Positions 11,601 to 24,991 of a stretch of DNA of 64,000 nucleotides are shown in pieces (the first letter of the stretch is position 1; every line of letters starts with the position of its first letter). The DNA is from Scyliorhinus canicula (taxonomy: Eukaryota). Where the stretch lies: positions 30,159,287-30,223,286 of the forward strand of contig NC_052156.1 of the NCBI RefSeq assembly GCF_902713615.1. The letters are read 5' to 3'. Both the position numbers and the translations under genes were made by a program. The notes below the pieces were generated by a model that was not told where the DNA came from, ran no database searches, and was given only the letters and a program-made list of their open reading frames with translations.

Positions 11601-13372
11601 TATTTTGACCATTTGCTGCATGTTTGCAGCGGATCTACCATTTGTTTTTAAATGGTGTGTTGAAGGTTAAATATTAAATCGCAGTGCTGGTTAATTACAT
11701 TTGATTTTTGTCTGTATTTTTATTCCGGATCGTTGAACGCCTTTAAAAGACTGATGTTACTGACTTGCCTGTTATATCCGTTTAATCACCCTCTTTGTGT
11801 CGGTGCTTCTGAGGACGTTTTTACTTGTGGGGATGAATGTCCGCGTTCTGCCCCATCAGTAACTTTTACCCTCTCTACCTGGGACTGTGGAGTTGGATTG
11901 GCATCAAGATCACCCCACCCCCATCACAAAAAATAGCCCCAGATTGCAACCTCAGCGTGGTTCAACTCCGAACTGAGCTCGTGGCCAGACCGACACAAAG
12001 ACTTGCCTATTTTCACCGATAGAATATCGCTTAATGCTGAATGCCCATCTGTTGCTGAAATTCACATCTATGCTTTTGTCATCTCTTAACTCTTTCAAAG
12101 CCCTCCCTCTCCTGGCCAGTCTCCCATCCTCCACCCTCCCCAAGCGCTGGCTCTTCCAAAATTCTCATGCTCATATCAAAGTGCCGCTTACCCATCATTC
12201 TTGTTTTTCCCCATCGGTGCTATTTGTGCGTTCAGCTGCCGAGGCCCAGGATTGCCCTTAAATAGAAATGGATTCAAGGAGGTTTATTTAAGGCCCACCC
12301 TTTGACCAAACTTTGAGACACATCTAAAAGCAAGGTGGCCATTGTTTTCCGTGTGTTTAAATGACAACTGAAGACTAAAGGTTAAACATACAACTCGCTA
12401 ACTCCCTTGATAACATCTATTTAGTCCATTTAGATAAGTACAATTCCCCTTTAAAGCAAGTTTTACATTAGAGGTTGCATTGGTCACATAGTACAGGAAC
12501 AGGCTATTTGGCTTAACCAGTCCACACCAATGCTTATGCTGCACTTGAGCTCCTCCTGTCTTTCCTCATCCAACTCTTATCACCATTCCCTTCTCCCTCA
12601 TATGTTTGTCTAACTCGAGCCTCCCTTTACTTACTTCAGCCACCTTGGGTGTAGTGAGTTCTGATTTCTTCCTACTCAGGGAATTCATAAGAAACTTCTT
12701 TACCCAATATGATTTCTCGGTGACCATTTTGTACTGAAGGGTCTTTTCATAAGTGGGAATATTTTCTCTGTGTAAACTTATATCAATACTTTTCACAATT
12801 TAAAATACCTCAATTAGGTGATCCCCAACCTTCTATCAAGAGAAAAGACCCAAGCTGTTCATTTGAAATTATTAAGTTTAACAGTGACCTACAGTGTACA
12901 ACAATGGATGCTCCAACACTAACATGTCTGGATCAGTTTGCAACTATCACAGATTCATTATGCCCCAACTGAATATAACTGCAGATGATTTTGTGGGTGA
13001 TTGAAATCAAAGACTAATACCTTCATAAAGTAGTATGCTTAGGGATCAATGAGTGATAAATTTGAGGGAGCACTTTATACAATGTAAATTAACATGAGTT
13101 GGCAATACATATAACATTTGTTTACATGTGCATGAATAATTTTGCAAATTCTAAAATCACAATGGTGATTAATGTTGTGATAGTATCATAGCTATTTACA
13201 GATGCCTTTTTTGTTTTTCTGTTTGTTTAGTCTGCTCCTCTTCAGATAATTCGATAAGCAATGGTGTACAACCAGTTTGTCTCAAATTATTGGCCTCCAA
13301 TATTGTCCTTTGTGTGTACATATAGTTATTAGGAGTAAAATGAGCTGAATCCTCTTAAATTATTCTGTTTAG

Positions 13373-13501
13373 ATATTTTATGCATGGGGTCTGCCGTGAA
13401 GGGAGCCGATGTATGTTTTCCCATGATTTGTCTACAAGCAAGCCATCTACAATCTGTAAGTTCTACCAGAAAGGACAGTGTGCCTATGGTGACCACTGCA
13501 G
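13373..13501 (+). CDS. MKRN2: MKRN2 exon 2, C3H zinc fingers 1-2 ([43 protein letters not shown])
   Basis: Acceptor ctgtttag and donor GTAGGG; 129 nt; phases 2/2. Confidence 0.95.
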
Positions 13502-13734
13502 GTAGGGTTACTGTGATTTTACTTTTTTTTTAAATTATACTGTACCGTTGCTACTAAATCATTTTTGGAACTGAATTGTTCGATTATACAGCTTTAAGAA
13601 ACTGGGTTGGGAATGTCAGGCTCCAGCTCACTATAGTAAATTTTGACGCTAGCCAGCATTATTTTGCAGGGATATAAAGCACCTTGTATGCTCTTTGGCT
13701 CACTTTCCCTCAAAATTATTACTGAAATCTGAAT

Positions 13735-15850
13735 ACTTTTTATTCATATGTAAAAAGCAAGATGGTGGCCAGGGAAAGGACTGGACCACTTAAGGACAGT
13801 GGGGAAATCTATGTGTTAAGCCAGAAGAAATGGGGTAAGTACTTTGCAACAGTGTTCACCAAAGAAAGGGACTTTGTGGAAGATGATTCTTGGGTAGGGT
13901 GTGTGGATTGTCTGGATCATGGTAACATCGAAAACGAGGAGGTATTGGGTCTTTCGATAAGTCTCCTGGGCCGGATGGGATTTACCTCAGAATACTGAGG
14001 AAATTGCTGGGGTTTCGACTGCCATCTTTGTATCCTCATTAGCTACAGGTGCGATCCCAGAGGACTGGAGAATTAGCTAATAGCTAATCTGTTTAAGAAA
14101 GGGAGCAGGGATAATCCTGGAAACTATAGGCCGGTGAGCCTTCACGTCGGTAGTAGGTGAATTATTGGAGAGAATTCTCAGGGACAGGATTTATACCCAT
14201 TTGGAAACAAATGGACTCATAAGCGATAGACAGCATGGTTTTGTGAAGGGGAGATCGTGCCTCACTAACTTGATCGAGTATTTTGAGGAGATGACAAAGA
14301 TGATTAATGAGGGGAGGGTGGTGGATGTTGTTTAGATGGACTTCAGTAAAGCCTTTGACAAGGTGCCTCATGGCAGACTGGTACAAAAGGTGAAGTCACA
14401 CAGGATCAGAGGTGAGGTGGCAAGATGGATAGAGAACTGGATTAGAACATAGAACAGTACAGCACAGAACAGGCCCTTCGGCCCTCAATGTTGTGCTGAG
14501 CCATGATCACCCTACTCAAACCCACGTATCCACCCTATACCCGTAACCCAACAACCCCCCCTTAACCTTACTTTTTATTAGGACACTACGGGCAATTTAG
14601 CATGGCCAATCCACCTAACCCGCACATCTTTGGACTGTGGGAGGAAACCGGAGCACCCGGAGGAAACCCACGCACACAGGGGGAGAACGTGCAGACTCCA
14701 CACAGACAGTGACTCAGCCGGGAATCGAACCTGGGACCCTGGAGCTGTGAAGCATTTATGCTAACCACCATGCTACCCTGCTGCTGATTGGTCACAGAAA
14801 GCAAAGGGTAGCAGTAGAAGGGTGTTTTTCTGAATAGAAGGTTGTGACTAGTGGTGTTCCACAGGGTTCTGTGCTTGGGCCTCTTGTTTGTAGTGTACAT
14901 AAACGATTTGAAGGAAAATGTAGCCGGTCTGATTAGTAAGTTCGCGGATGACACCAAGGTTGGTGGAGTGGCAGATAGTGTTGAGGATTGTCAGAAGATA
15001 CAGCAGGACATAGATAGGTTGGAGACTTGGGCAGAGAAATGTCAAATGGAGTTTAATCCAGACAAATGGGAGGTAATGCATTTTGGTAGATCTAACATAG
15101 AAAGGAAATATACCATAAATGGCAAAACCCTTAGGAATATAGAAAGTCAGAGAGATCTGGAAGTGTAGGTCCACAGATCTTTGAAGGTAGCAACACAAGT
15201 AGACAAGGTAATCAAGAAAGCATATGGAATGCTTGTCTTCATTGGACGGGGCATGGAGTATAAAAACTGGCAAGTCATGCTACAGTTGTATAGCACCTTG
15301 GTACGGCTGCACTTGGAATATTGCACAGAATTCTGGTCGCAACACTACCAGAAGAATGTGGATACTTTGAAGAGGGTGCAGAAGAGGTTTACCAGGATGT
15401 TGCCTGGTCTGAAGGGTGTTAGCTATATGGAAAGGCTGAATCGACTCTGACTGTTTTCATTAGAAAGACAGGGATTAAGGGGTGACCTGATAGAGGTCTA
15501 CAAGATTGAGAGGCATGGATCGAGTGGATGGGCAGGCACTCGACAGGGTGGAGGGGTTAGTCTCCAGGGGCATAAAGTTAAGATCTGTGAGGCAAGGTTT
15601 AGAGGAGATGAGTGAGGCAGGTTTTTTTACGCAGAGGGTGGTGAGTGCCTGGAATGCGTTGCCAGGGGAGGTTGTAGAAGCAGATACATTAACGGCGTTC
15701 AAACAGCATCTTGACAAACGCATGGATAGGATGGGTATAGAGGGATACGGCACAAGGAAGTTCTGAGGGTTTTGGCAACGGCTGGTATCATGACCGGTAG
15801 AGGCTTGGAGGGCCGAAGGGCCTATTCCTGTGCTGCATTGTTCTTTGTTC
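13735..15850 (+). mobile_element. 5'-truncated CR1 LINE interrupted by a SINE
   Basis: NYRPVSL, KFADDTK and LEYC..FWS motifs; tail ending (GTTCTTT)n. Confidence 0.85.
14445..14783 (-). mobile_element. HE1/V-SINE with an alternative CR1-type tail, nested in a CR1
   Basis: SINE core plus tail GGGCCGAAGGGCCTGTTCTGTGCTGTACTGTTCTATGTTCT. Confidence 0.85.
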
Positions 15851-16294
15851 ACTTAATTGTCTGCACCTGCTTTTCCGAACTCTTACCTGTTTGTTTCTGC
15901 CTCTTTTTTTAAAAAGGAATCAGTCATAGGATATGAGTGTCACTGGCCCAGATCTGGTTGCCCATCCCTATTTGCCCTTTGAAGGTGGTGATTAGCCACC
16001 TTCTTGAATTGCTATGGTCCATGTGGTGCACATGCGCACAGTGCTGTTAAGAAGGGGTTTCCAGCCAGGCTGATGTGTAGCTTGGAGGGGAACTTTTCGG
16101 TTGTGCTTGTCTTTTTAGGTGGTGGACGTAAAGGGTTAAAACTTATCTTTTTTATTTTTTGACTCATTATTTTCTCATGTTTTAACATTTACACTCTCAG
16201 TTGATATGGAACATTAGTGACAAGAACAATGCACGACCATTGAGTTCCTCAACTTTTTTTCCTTTGTATTCAATAAAGGGCTCAAAACAGTATT

Positions 16295-16715
16295 TGTAGC
16301 TATGAGGAGAAATTGGAGAAACTTGGTTTGTTCTCACTGGAATGACAGAGGTTGAGGGGCGACCTGGTAGAAGTCTACAGGCCTATGAGGGATAGTCAGA
16401 AGCTTATTCCCAGGGTGGAAGAGTCAATTACTCGGGGGCATGGGTTAAGGTGCGAGGGGCAAGGTTTTGAGGAGATGAATGAGGCACGTTTTTTACACAG
16501 ATGGTGGTGGGAGCCTGAATCTCGCTGCCGGGGGAGGTAGTGGAAGCAGATATGACAATTACTTTTAAGGGGCTTTTTGCAAATACATGAATAGGATGGG
16601 AATAGAGGGGTATGGCCCCCGGAAGGGTAGGAGGTTTTCAGTTCAGATGGACAGCACGTTCAGTGCAGGTTTGGAGGGCCGAAGGCCTCTTCCTGATCTA
16701 TAATTCTCTTTGTTT
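16295..16715 (+). mobile_element. CR1 3' fragment
   Basis: RGDLVEVY plus the CR1 tail. Confidence 0.75.
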
Positions 16716-17541
16716 TGTTAAGGGAGTATGAGCTGAATTTGCTGCTGGCCAGCTGCGAGCAGTAAAGCCCTATCTAGTACCAACTAAAATAAAGTATTAC
16801 ACACACACAACATCCAAGTATAAAAGTCACATCTGTCTCCGTTCCACCTGAAGGTACAGATGACTAATTAAAGCACAAATGTATCTACTCAGACAAAGTG
16901 AAATGGATCCATGAAAGCATGGTAACAAAAGGCTTGAACATACTTATTGTTATGAAGCGTACTATTGTATTTTGAAGTCCTGAAAAGGTGTGGTGTTGTG
17001 AAATGCCTGATAATGTTATTATTGGTACAACAAATGAAAACGTCATGTTAAATGCTTGTATACTTTAACCTCTTTAGTGTATTCATCTCTGCAGATTCTT
17101 TAGCTGTTGAATAAGAAAAAACAGCCTCAATAGTTTTATTCTCTTTGCCTCTTCTTGCCACTTCCACCGAGTTTTTTTCCTCCCTTCCAATCTGCAAAAC
17201 CTTCTTGGTATCCCCCATACCCACCGTCCCAACTAGCTTTATTTTCTTGCCAACCCGTTGCAGCTCCAAAGCTGATGGGACTGTCCCAATAAGCAGGTAG
17301 CTGGGAGGCAGATGTTGACAAAAATCCAGCCGGTAGAATCCACCGGACTTTCTGCTGCAGCCTGCCTCTCCCACCAGCTTTTTGCCTGCAATTTAACATT
17401 TAAATTTAACATTTCCCCTTTTATATCAGTAGGTGATATTTGTGATTTAAGGTAAAAGGGTGTGTTGTTCACCAGCAGACCTAATTCTCTGATGAAGCAA
17501 TGTGGATGATGTCTAACTACATTCTGTTTTCCATCGGTAAG

Positions 17542-17720
17542 ATATGATCATGTGAAACTTCCTGGATCTAGAGCAGTGGGGCCAGTAATCTCTCGAGTCA
17601 CCTGCACACCTGTTGTTCACGATGCAATTACACAACCCGAAGCTGCAGAACCGACTGTGCCCGTCAAAGTTACTGAATCTGGGAGATGTAAAAAGAAGAC
17701 GCTTGAATTAAAAGATCGAG
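17542..17720 (+). CDS. MKRN2: MKRN2 exon 3 (YDHVKLPGSRAVG...KKTLELKDR-D)
   Basis: YDH completes zinc finger 2. AAG acceptor and GTGAGT donor; 179 nt; phases 2/1. Confidence 0.9.
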
Positions 17721-18061
17721 GTGAGTATAAATTGGGCTGTGTGCTGGTCAGGTGTCCATTTTTATTCATGAGTTTCCTGTTCCACTGAGATTTCAGATAT
17801 TTTGCCACTCAAAGCCATAGCTGTCTCCCAAAATGAGAAAAAGTCAATGCCTCTTATTGCTGCTTTTGGCACATAATGAAATCGGAGAAGCTGCAAAGAA
17901 CCTATAACACTGTCCTCCATTCTCTCAGTTTCACCGTTGATACATGCTCCTTCATTTTTGCAATGTTTTTTTAGAACTCTCACCATATTTTCAGAAGTTT
18001 CCAAAAACGCCCCTCTTAGAATATATATTCAGCTCCACTTCTGTGTTGTCTTTTTTGTTTT

Positions 18062-18650
18062 CATAGAATCCCTACAGTGCAGAAGGAGGCCAATCGGCTC
18101 ATTGACTCTCGGAAAGAGCACCCTACCTAGGCCCACTTATCATAGAATAGATTATAGAATTTACAGTGCAGAAGGAGGCCATTTAGCCCATCGAGTCTGC
18201 ACCGGCTCTTGGAAAGAGCACCCTACCCAAGGTCAACAACTCCACCCTATCCCCATAACGCAATAACCCCACCCAACACTGAGGGCAATTTTGGACACTA
18301 AGGGCAATTTATCATGGCCAATCCACCTAACCTGCACATCTTTGGACTGTGGGAGGAAACCCACGCACACACGGGGAGGATGTGCAGACTCCGCACAGAC
18401 AGTTACCCAAGCCGGAATCAAACCTGGGACCCTGGAGCTGTGAAGCGATTGTGCTATCCACAATGCTACCGTGCTGCCACTTCCCTGCCCTATCCCTGTA
18501 GCCCCATAACTCCAGCTAACCGTCGGACACTATGGGGCAATTTAGCACAGCCAATCCACCTAACCTGCACTTTGGATTATGGGAGGAAACTGGAACCCCT
18601 GGAGGAACCTCACGCAGACACAGGAGAACGTGCAAACTCCACATAGTCGC
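18062..18650 (-). mobile_element. Two HE1/V-SINEs, one (about 18144-18478) nested in the other
   Basis: The tail at 18062-18140 resumes at about 18480 after a complete second copy. Confidence 0.8.
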
Positions 18651-19000
18651 CCGTGGTTGGTTTTCATTGATATCACCCAAGACCATGACATCTCCTGACT
18701 CTCAGCCCCTCCAGTTTCTCTGTTTTGTCAGACTGTTTGTCCAGCATCAAGTTTTGGATGAGCTGATGTATCTTCCTTCCAACCATTGGGAAGTGCACAG
18801 ATCACTACAGGTTCTATTTGCTTGCGACAGATTCCATTCCTCTCACAGACCAGTGTTTCAAGGTGAATTTGTAACTTCCGTGTCCTATTTAATCCTGAGC
18901 TGAACTGGAGACCCCAAATCCTCACCATCACAGAAGACCACCTACTTCTTCTACCTCTTGTATATTGATTGCCAACATCCCAGCACAACTCTCTGCTGAA

Positions 19001-19193
19001 GGGGCAGCAAGGTGGCGCAGTGGATAGGTTCGATCCCGGCTCTGGTTCACTGCCCGTGTGGTGTCTGCACATTTTCCCCGTGTTTGCATAGGCTTCGCCC
19101 CCACAACCCAAAGATGTGCAGGCTAGGTGGATTGGCCGTGCTAAATTGCCCCTTAATTAAAAAAAAATTGAGTATGCTAAAAAAAATTTAAAA
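19001..19193 (+). mobile_element. Short A-tailed SINE variant
   Basis: TSD CTCTGCTGAA (18991, 19194); A-rich end. Confidence 0.8.
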
Positions 19194-20064
19194 CTCTGCT
19201 GAAACCCACTTCTTTGTTTTTGTTACTTCTAGACTCGACTATTTCAATGCTCTCCTGGCTGACCTCCCATCACCTATTTGCATAAGCATGAGCTCATCCA
19301 AAACTGCTGCTGGAGTCTTACTTGCACTATGCACCATTCACCTGTCACCCATGTGCTTCAAGTTCACCAATGCCTTTATTTTTAAAATTCTCATCCATGT
19401 GTTCAAAAGCCGCCCTGCCCCCCCCCCCCCCCCCCCCCCCCCTCATTTGTCTATCTTGTCCTTTGACCTTCTTGAAAATTTACCTCTGACCGTGTCACCT
19501 TACTCCCTCCTCCTTTGGCTTGATATCAGTTTTTATCCTATGAGAAGTGCCTTGGGATAGTTTACTGAATCTTGGTTATACAAAAAGAGGGAAGAAAAAT
19601 ATAACAAAAATTAGATTATTTATGCTACTTGATCTGAATATGCAATATAATATTTAACCAGTTTATTAACTGGAAATGACTGAAAATTGGGCTGCAGAAA
19701 TAATTGGAAGTACAAACTGATTACCATTCCTTTAGTTCTGAGAGTATAAGTTTCTTTTGCTGTGAGATTTTGATTCATGCTTACATTTTCTGTTAGAGCT
19801 TTATCTATTTTGTTAAGATTTGTTTGCCTATGTAGGCACTGCCAACTCTGGTTTTGGTACTAAATCCAGAAACAACCAAGAGACTTTGGTTTGTAGCAAG
19901 TCTCGTTCCCATCCACCAGAGCGAGCTAGAGCATGTGTAGGGCATCAGTATTATGTGAATGGGGGCAAAGCTCATTTTGTGCTTTTGGGCCATGCTGTAT
20001 TTCGCTTCTGTGCAGCCGAACTTCTATCCTTCAACATATAATGGACTCAAATGTTTTTTTCCCT

Positions 20065-20740
20065 TATTCTTTCATGGGACATGGGCATCATTGGCAGGCC
20101 AGTATTTGTTGTCCATCCCTAATTGCCTTTGAACTGAGTGGCTTGTTAGGCCATTAGGCCATTGCCGATGCAGTTAAGGGTCGGCTACATTGTTGTGGCT
20201 CTGGAGACCAGGTCAGCTATGGACGGCTGATTTCCTTCCCGAAAGATCAGTGAACCAGATGGGTTTTTACAACAATTGAGGATAGTTTCATGGTTACTGA
20301 GGCTAGCTTTTCAATTCCAGATTTATTGATTGAATTTAAATTCCACCAGCTGCTGTAGTAGGAGTTGAACCCATGTCCTCACAGCTCCAGAGTCCCGGGT
20401 TCAATTCCAGCCTCTGGTGATTGTGTGTAGTTTGCACATTCTCCCCGTGTCTGCATGGGTTTCCTCCGGGTGCTCCGGTTTCCTCCCACAATCCAAAGAT
20501 GTGCAGGTTAGGTGGATTGGCCTTGCTAAATTTAAATTGCCCCTCAGTGTCCAAAAATGTTAGGTGGGGTTATGGGGTTACGGTGGAAGCGAGGGCTTAA
20601 GCAGGGTGCACTTTCCAAGGGCTGGTGCAGACTCTATGGGCTGAATGTCCTCCTTCTGCAAAGGAAATTTTATGAAATTAGCCTGGGCCTCTAACTCAGT
20701 CTATGGATTACTAGTCAAGTCAAATTAGCACTACGCCACT
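20065..20740. mobile_element. Minus-strand tRNA-derived SINE interrupted by a plus-strand HE1 SINE (about 20380-20675)
   Basis: The outer parts match 10520-10890; the inner part matches 3324-3635. Confidence 0.75.
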
Positions 20741-20804
20741 GTCTTCCCGTTTGATGTCAGTAGCAATGCAGAGCAAATTTTAAGTGGGATTTTCCTTGCA
20801 CTTT

Positions 20805-21765
20805 TGAACAAAGAACAAAGAAAAGTACCGCACAGGAACAGGCCCTTCGGCCCGCCAAGCCTGCGCCGACCATGCTGCCCGTCTAAACTAAAATCTTCTA
20901 CACTTCCGGGGCCCATATCTCTCTATTCATGTATTTGTCAAGATGCCCCTTAAACATCACTATCGTCCCTGCTTCCACCACCTCCTCCGGCAGCGAGTTC
21001 CAGGCACCCACTACCCTCTGTGTAAAAAAAAAACTTACCTCGTACATCTCCTCTAAACCGTCCCCTCGCACCTTAAACCTATGTCCCCTAGTAATTGACC
21101 CCTCTACCCTGGGAAAAAGTCTCTGACTATCCACTCTGTCTATGTCCCTCATAATTTTGTAGACCTCTATCAGGTCGCCCCTCAACCTCCTTTGTTCCAG
21201 TGAGAACAAACCGAATTTATTCAACCGCTCCTCATAGCTAATGCCCTCCATACCAGGCAACATCCTGATAAATCTCTTCTGCACCCTCTCTAAAGCCTGC
21301 ACATCCTTCTGGTAGTGTGGCGACCAGATTGAACACTATACTCCCAAGTGTGGCCTAACTAAGGTTCTGTACAGCTGCAACATGACTTGCCAATTTTTAT
21401 ACTCAATGCCCTGGCCAATGAAGGCAAGCATGCTGTATGCCTTTTTGACTACCTTCTCCACCTGTGTTGCCCCTTTCAGTGAACTGTGGACCTGCACACC
21501 AAAATCTCTCTGACAATACTCTTGAGGATTCTACCATTCACTGTATATTCTCTACCTGTATTAGACCTTCCAAAATGCATTACCTCACATTTGTCTGGAT
21601 TAAACTACCATCTGGCATCTCGCCGCCCAAGTCTCCAAACAATCTAAATCCTGCTGTATCCTCTGACAGTCCTCATCGCTATCCGCAATTCCACCAACCT
21701 TTGTGTCATCCGCAAACTTACTCATCAGACCAGTTACATTTTCCTCCAAATCATTTATATATACT
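20805..21765 (-). mobile_element. CR1 3' fragment
   Basis: ORFs 20898-21302 and 21600-21797; near-identical to 9575-10255 where they overlap. Confidence 0.85.
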
Positions 21766-22869
21766 ACGAAGTATATATGCTTATGGTGCTCACTCACTCC
21801 TCATATTTTGTTCAGTTTAAGAACTTTGTCCAATACTGCTCCAGAACCAGTATGCATTTTGTTTCATGTCTTCCACATAATCTCCTCGAGTTCTCCATTA
21901 ATATTTAATATTTGCATAAGAAAATGAAAAGCAGCACAAACGCAAGTTCAAATTTACTCCATCAATGCAAATAGATTTGTTTGTAATTAGCAAAATTCTA
22001 AATGCACAATTTTGGTGAAATCATGGCATAAAATCCTTCGAACTATAAAGAACTGTCAGAATTGATGTTATTCAAAGCATAAGTTAAATTGGAACATTGC
22101 TGATAATTATTGTCCATTGGTTATCACTGTAGTAATTATTGTCAATATATTTTAATCTAACCAACATATTTTTTATTTTATGCGTGCTAAAACAGGGAGG
22201 GAATTAATTCAATATATTTCCTCCAAAGCAAGCCCTCAATGAACCATTACTGATGTTTTTAAAGTTTTAAAACCCAAGGAGTAGATTTTCTTTGGTGTGC
22301 TGCTTAAATCGCTTTTTTGTTGTCATCTGACCTCTTTAATGATATCTGAGAAGCAGAACCTGAGCTGAACCACCTCATCACCACAGGGTGAAACTGTGTT
22401 TTCAGTTCTATTTATATACAGCAACAAATAGCAACATAAATTATTTAGATTTGCTTATTAAGCTATACTGTAGCCATAGGATCTGAAGTATGCTGGACCC
22501 GCCTCTTGTATTTCTTCTACCTGTGCGGCGTTGATCATAAGTAGACCATAACTTGAACTACACCCAACCCACAAATGTAATCTATTTTTGTTTTGCTTAA
22601 GGTGCTCACTCACGCCTCATTCATTACCTGCTCATTCAGTTCTGCATCTCATCTGTTATTGTCCATCTTTGATCAAGGTTTCAGCTTAATTCCATTATTT
22701 GTTTTTATCATTTCTCCCCCTTTGTTTATTTGCTCAGTTAGAGGGTTTGGGGAGGTGATCTTCAGGGCAGTGCCCGTTTCTGTATTCCATAATGTCTGCT
22801 AAGCATGATCCGATAACTTTTAAATGCATTTCATGCTGCAACTTTTTTTGGGCTTATTCTTCTCTTTAG

Positions 22870-23210
22870 ACCTTTGCAACCGAGCAGCAGAAAAATCTAA
22901 ATTGTTTCCTTTCCCACCATCTTACTGCAACACTACAAAGACTGCATCGCCTTTCTCTGACTCGGCAAAGTTTGTTTATGAGGATGTCCCAATGAAGCCG
23001 CCGTCATATTTGGACGCAGTTCGCAGTGGACTGGATGTTTCAGCATCAGTATGCAGTCATAATTCTGCACAGCAGCTGTGCCCTTTTGCAGCAGTTGGTG
23101 AATGCCATTATGGTGACAGCTGTTTATACCTTCATGGAGATGTGTGTGAAGTGTGTGAACTGCAAGTACTGCATCCAACTGACCTTGAGCAACGTAGAGC
23201 ACATGAACAG
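22870..23210 (+). CDS. MKRN2: MKRN2 exon 4: linker, C3H finger 3 and Cys-His motif
   Basis: Acceptor ctctttag; encodes [10 protein letters not shown]...[34 protein letters not shown]...RAHEQ; ends at the GC donor CAG|GCAAGT. Confidence 0.92.
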
Positions 23211-23831
23211 GCAAGTGTAGGTCAAAGTAATGTGCCATTCAATGGCCTGGATATACCCCTGTGCTATTAAAACTGTATCTTCTACATTCGGCAGCCACAA
23301 CTTGCTCTAGTTATTGCCAACTTGGTTTAATGAATTCAACTTTAAATTCTGCCAACTGAAAGAATTTACCTCTAAAATTCATCATGAAATAAAATCTCTG
23401 AAATTTCATCCTAAAGCAGTGAATTGAAAAAAAAAAAAGAGTAACACAAAGTCCTGAAAATGGGGGACGGCAGTATTTTAAAAATAAAATTCATGCCTCC
23501 CTTTTCTTGGGTTTATTGATTTTGTGTTCATTTTATTGATATGCTTTACATTTTTCTCATCCAAATGAATGCAAACATTTGTCTAATATGTATTATCTGT
23601 AAATATAAAGCATTATGAATGACACATATTTCATGTAATACTCCATCACAATTTAAGAGCTGAATTGTTATGCAATAGCGTATCCACAAAGCACGGCAAG
23701 CTAAGCAATGTGAGACCTGGTAGTTTACTATAAATGAATGAAGAAAGAGCTTGCATTTACATAGCACCTCCTATGACTTGTGGATCTCCCAAAGCATCTT
23801 GCAACCAATGAAGAACTTCTGAAATATAAAC

Positions 23832-23965
23832 AGCTCTGACAAAGTGTCATACAGACTCAAAACGTCAACTCTGTTTCTCTCCACAGATGCTGCCAGATCT
23901 GCTGAGATTTTCCAGCATTTTCTGTTTCTATTTCAGATTTCCAGCATCTGCAGTATTTGCTTTTA
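23832..23965 (+). mobile_element. Penelope-like terminal fragment, same family as 2715-2944
   Basis: CTGACAAAG...GACTCAAAACGTCAACTCTG...CCACAGATGCTGCCAGA...CCAGCATCTGCAGTATTTGCTTT is similar to 2805-2940. Confidence 0.55.
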
Positions 23966-24139
23966 ATTACGAACTTCCGACATGTGGGTCTGATTGTAAT
24001 GTTAGGGGAATTTACACACAGCAAGTGATGTTAGTTGAATGAAAACATTAGTCAAGACAACTGCTCTACTCTTGTTAGGATAGTAGCACGGGATCTTTTG
24101 CATCTCCCTGGATGCAACTGTTAGCCTAGATAGATTGTG

Positions 24140-24555
24140 TACTGATGTCTGTGTGGTTGCATTTCGGGAGATGAGCACAAAAATCAAAGCTGACACTTCT
24201 TGCGCAGTATTGTGGGAATACTGCACTGTCGGAGGAGGTGCTGTGCCGTCTTTCGGTTGAGACATTAAACCGAATCTGCTCCCTCTGTTAAATGTAAATG
24301 AGCCTGTGGCACTATTTCAAAGAAGTTCAGTGGAGTTTATCCTGGTGGCCTGGCCAATATTTATCCCTCAACGCAAAAGCAGATTATCTGGTCATATCAC
24401 ATAGCTCTGTGGGTGGGGACTTTCTTGTGTGCAAGTTGGCTGCTGCATTTCCTACATTACAACAGTGATTATAATTCAGAAGAACTTTATTTTCTGTCAA
24501 GTGCTTTGGGACATCCGGTGGTTATGAAATGCAATTTAAAAATGCAAGTCTTTAT
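24140..24555 (+). mobile_element. DeuSINE-like element (SacSINE1 type)
   Basis: GCTGACACT...GCAGTATTG...TGCACTGTCGGAGG...CCGTCTTTCGG.TGAGACATTAAACCGA resembles the Deu domain as recalled; similar copies at 7360-7900 and 4430-5000. Confidence 0.6.
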
Positions 24556-24629
24556 TTGTTGGATTCCATGACCTGAGCCAGAGATGAGAATGCTATACAA
24601 ACAGTATTTGTTTGTATAGTATGGTTAAA

Positions 24630-24825
24630 ATGCCTCATGGCGCCGAGGTCCCAGATTCGATCCCGGTTCTGGGTCACTATCCATGTGGAGTTTGCATGTT
24701 CTCCCCGTGTTTGCATGGATTTTGCCCCCACAACCCAAAGATGTGCAGGATAGGTCGGATTGGTCACGCTAAATTGCCCCTTAATTAGTAAAAAATGAAT
24801 TGGGTACTCTAAATTTAAAAAAAAT
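24630..24825 (+). mobile_element. Short A-tailed SINE variant (5'-truncated)
   Basis: Core plus AAATTGCCCCTTAATT...GGGTACTCTAAATTTAAAAAAA. Confidence 0.8.
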
Positions 24826-24991
24826 GTCTAGGGCTTACAAAAGACCGTTGTTACCCAACTACCGCTCTCTAGTGACTACGTTACTGAGTTTTCCACTGAT
24901 TTACGATTGGACGGCTGGTGCAGCACTGCTGAGTTCAGTCATTTCTCTTCCTCCCTCCCAATCTCTCCTTTTGTTCTCATCAATTCTTCCC

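Noticed and set aside
22824-23270. 148-aa ORF as a standalone gene with a hydrophobic N-terminus
   Set aside because: It is MKRN2 exon 4 plus intronic read-through; the hydrophobic start is the polypyrimidine tract.
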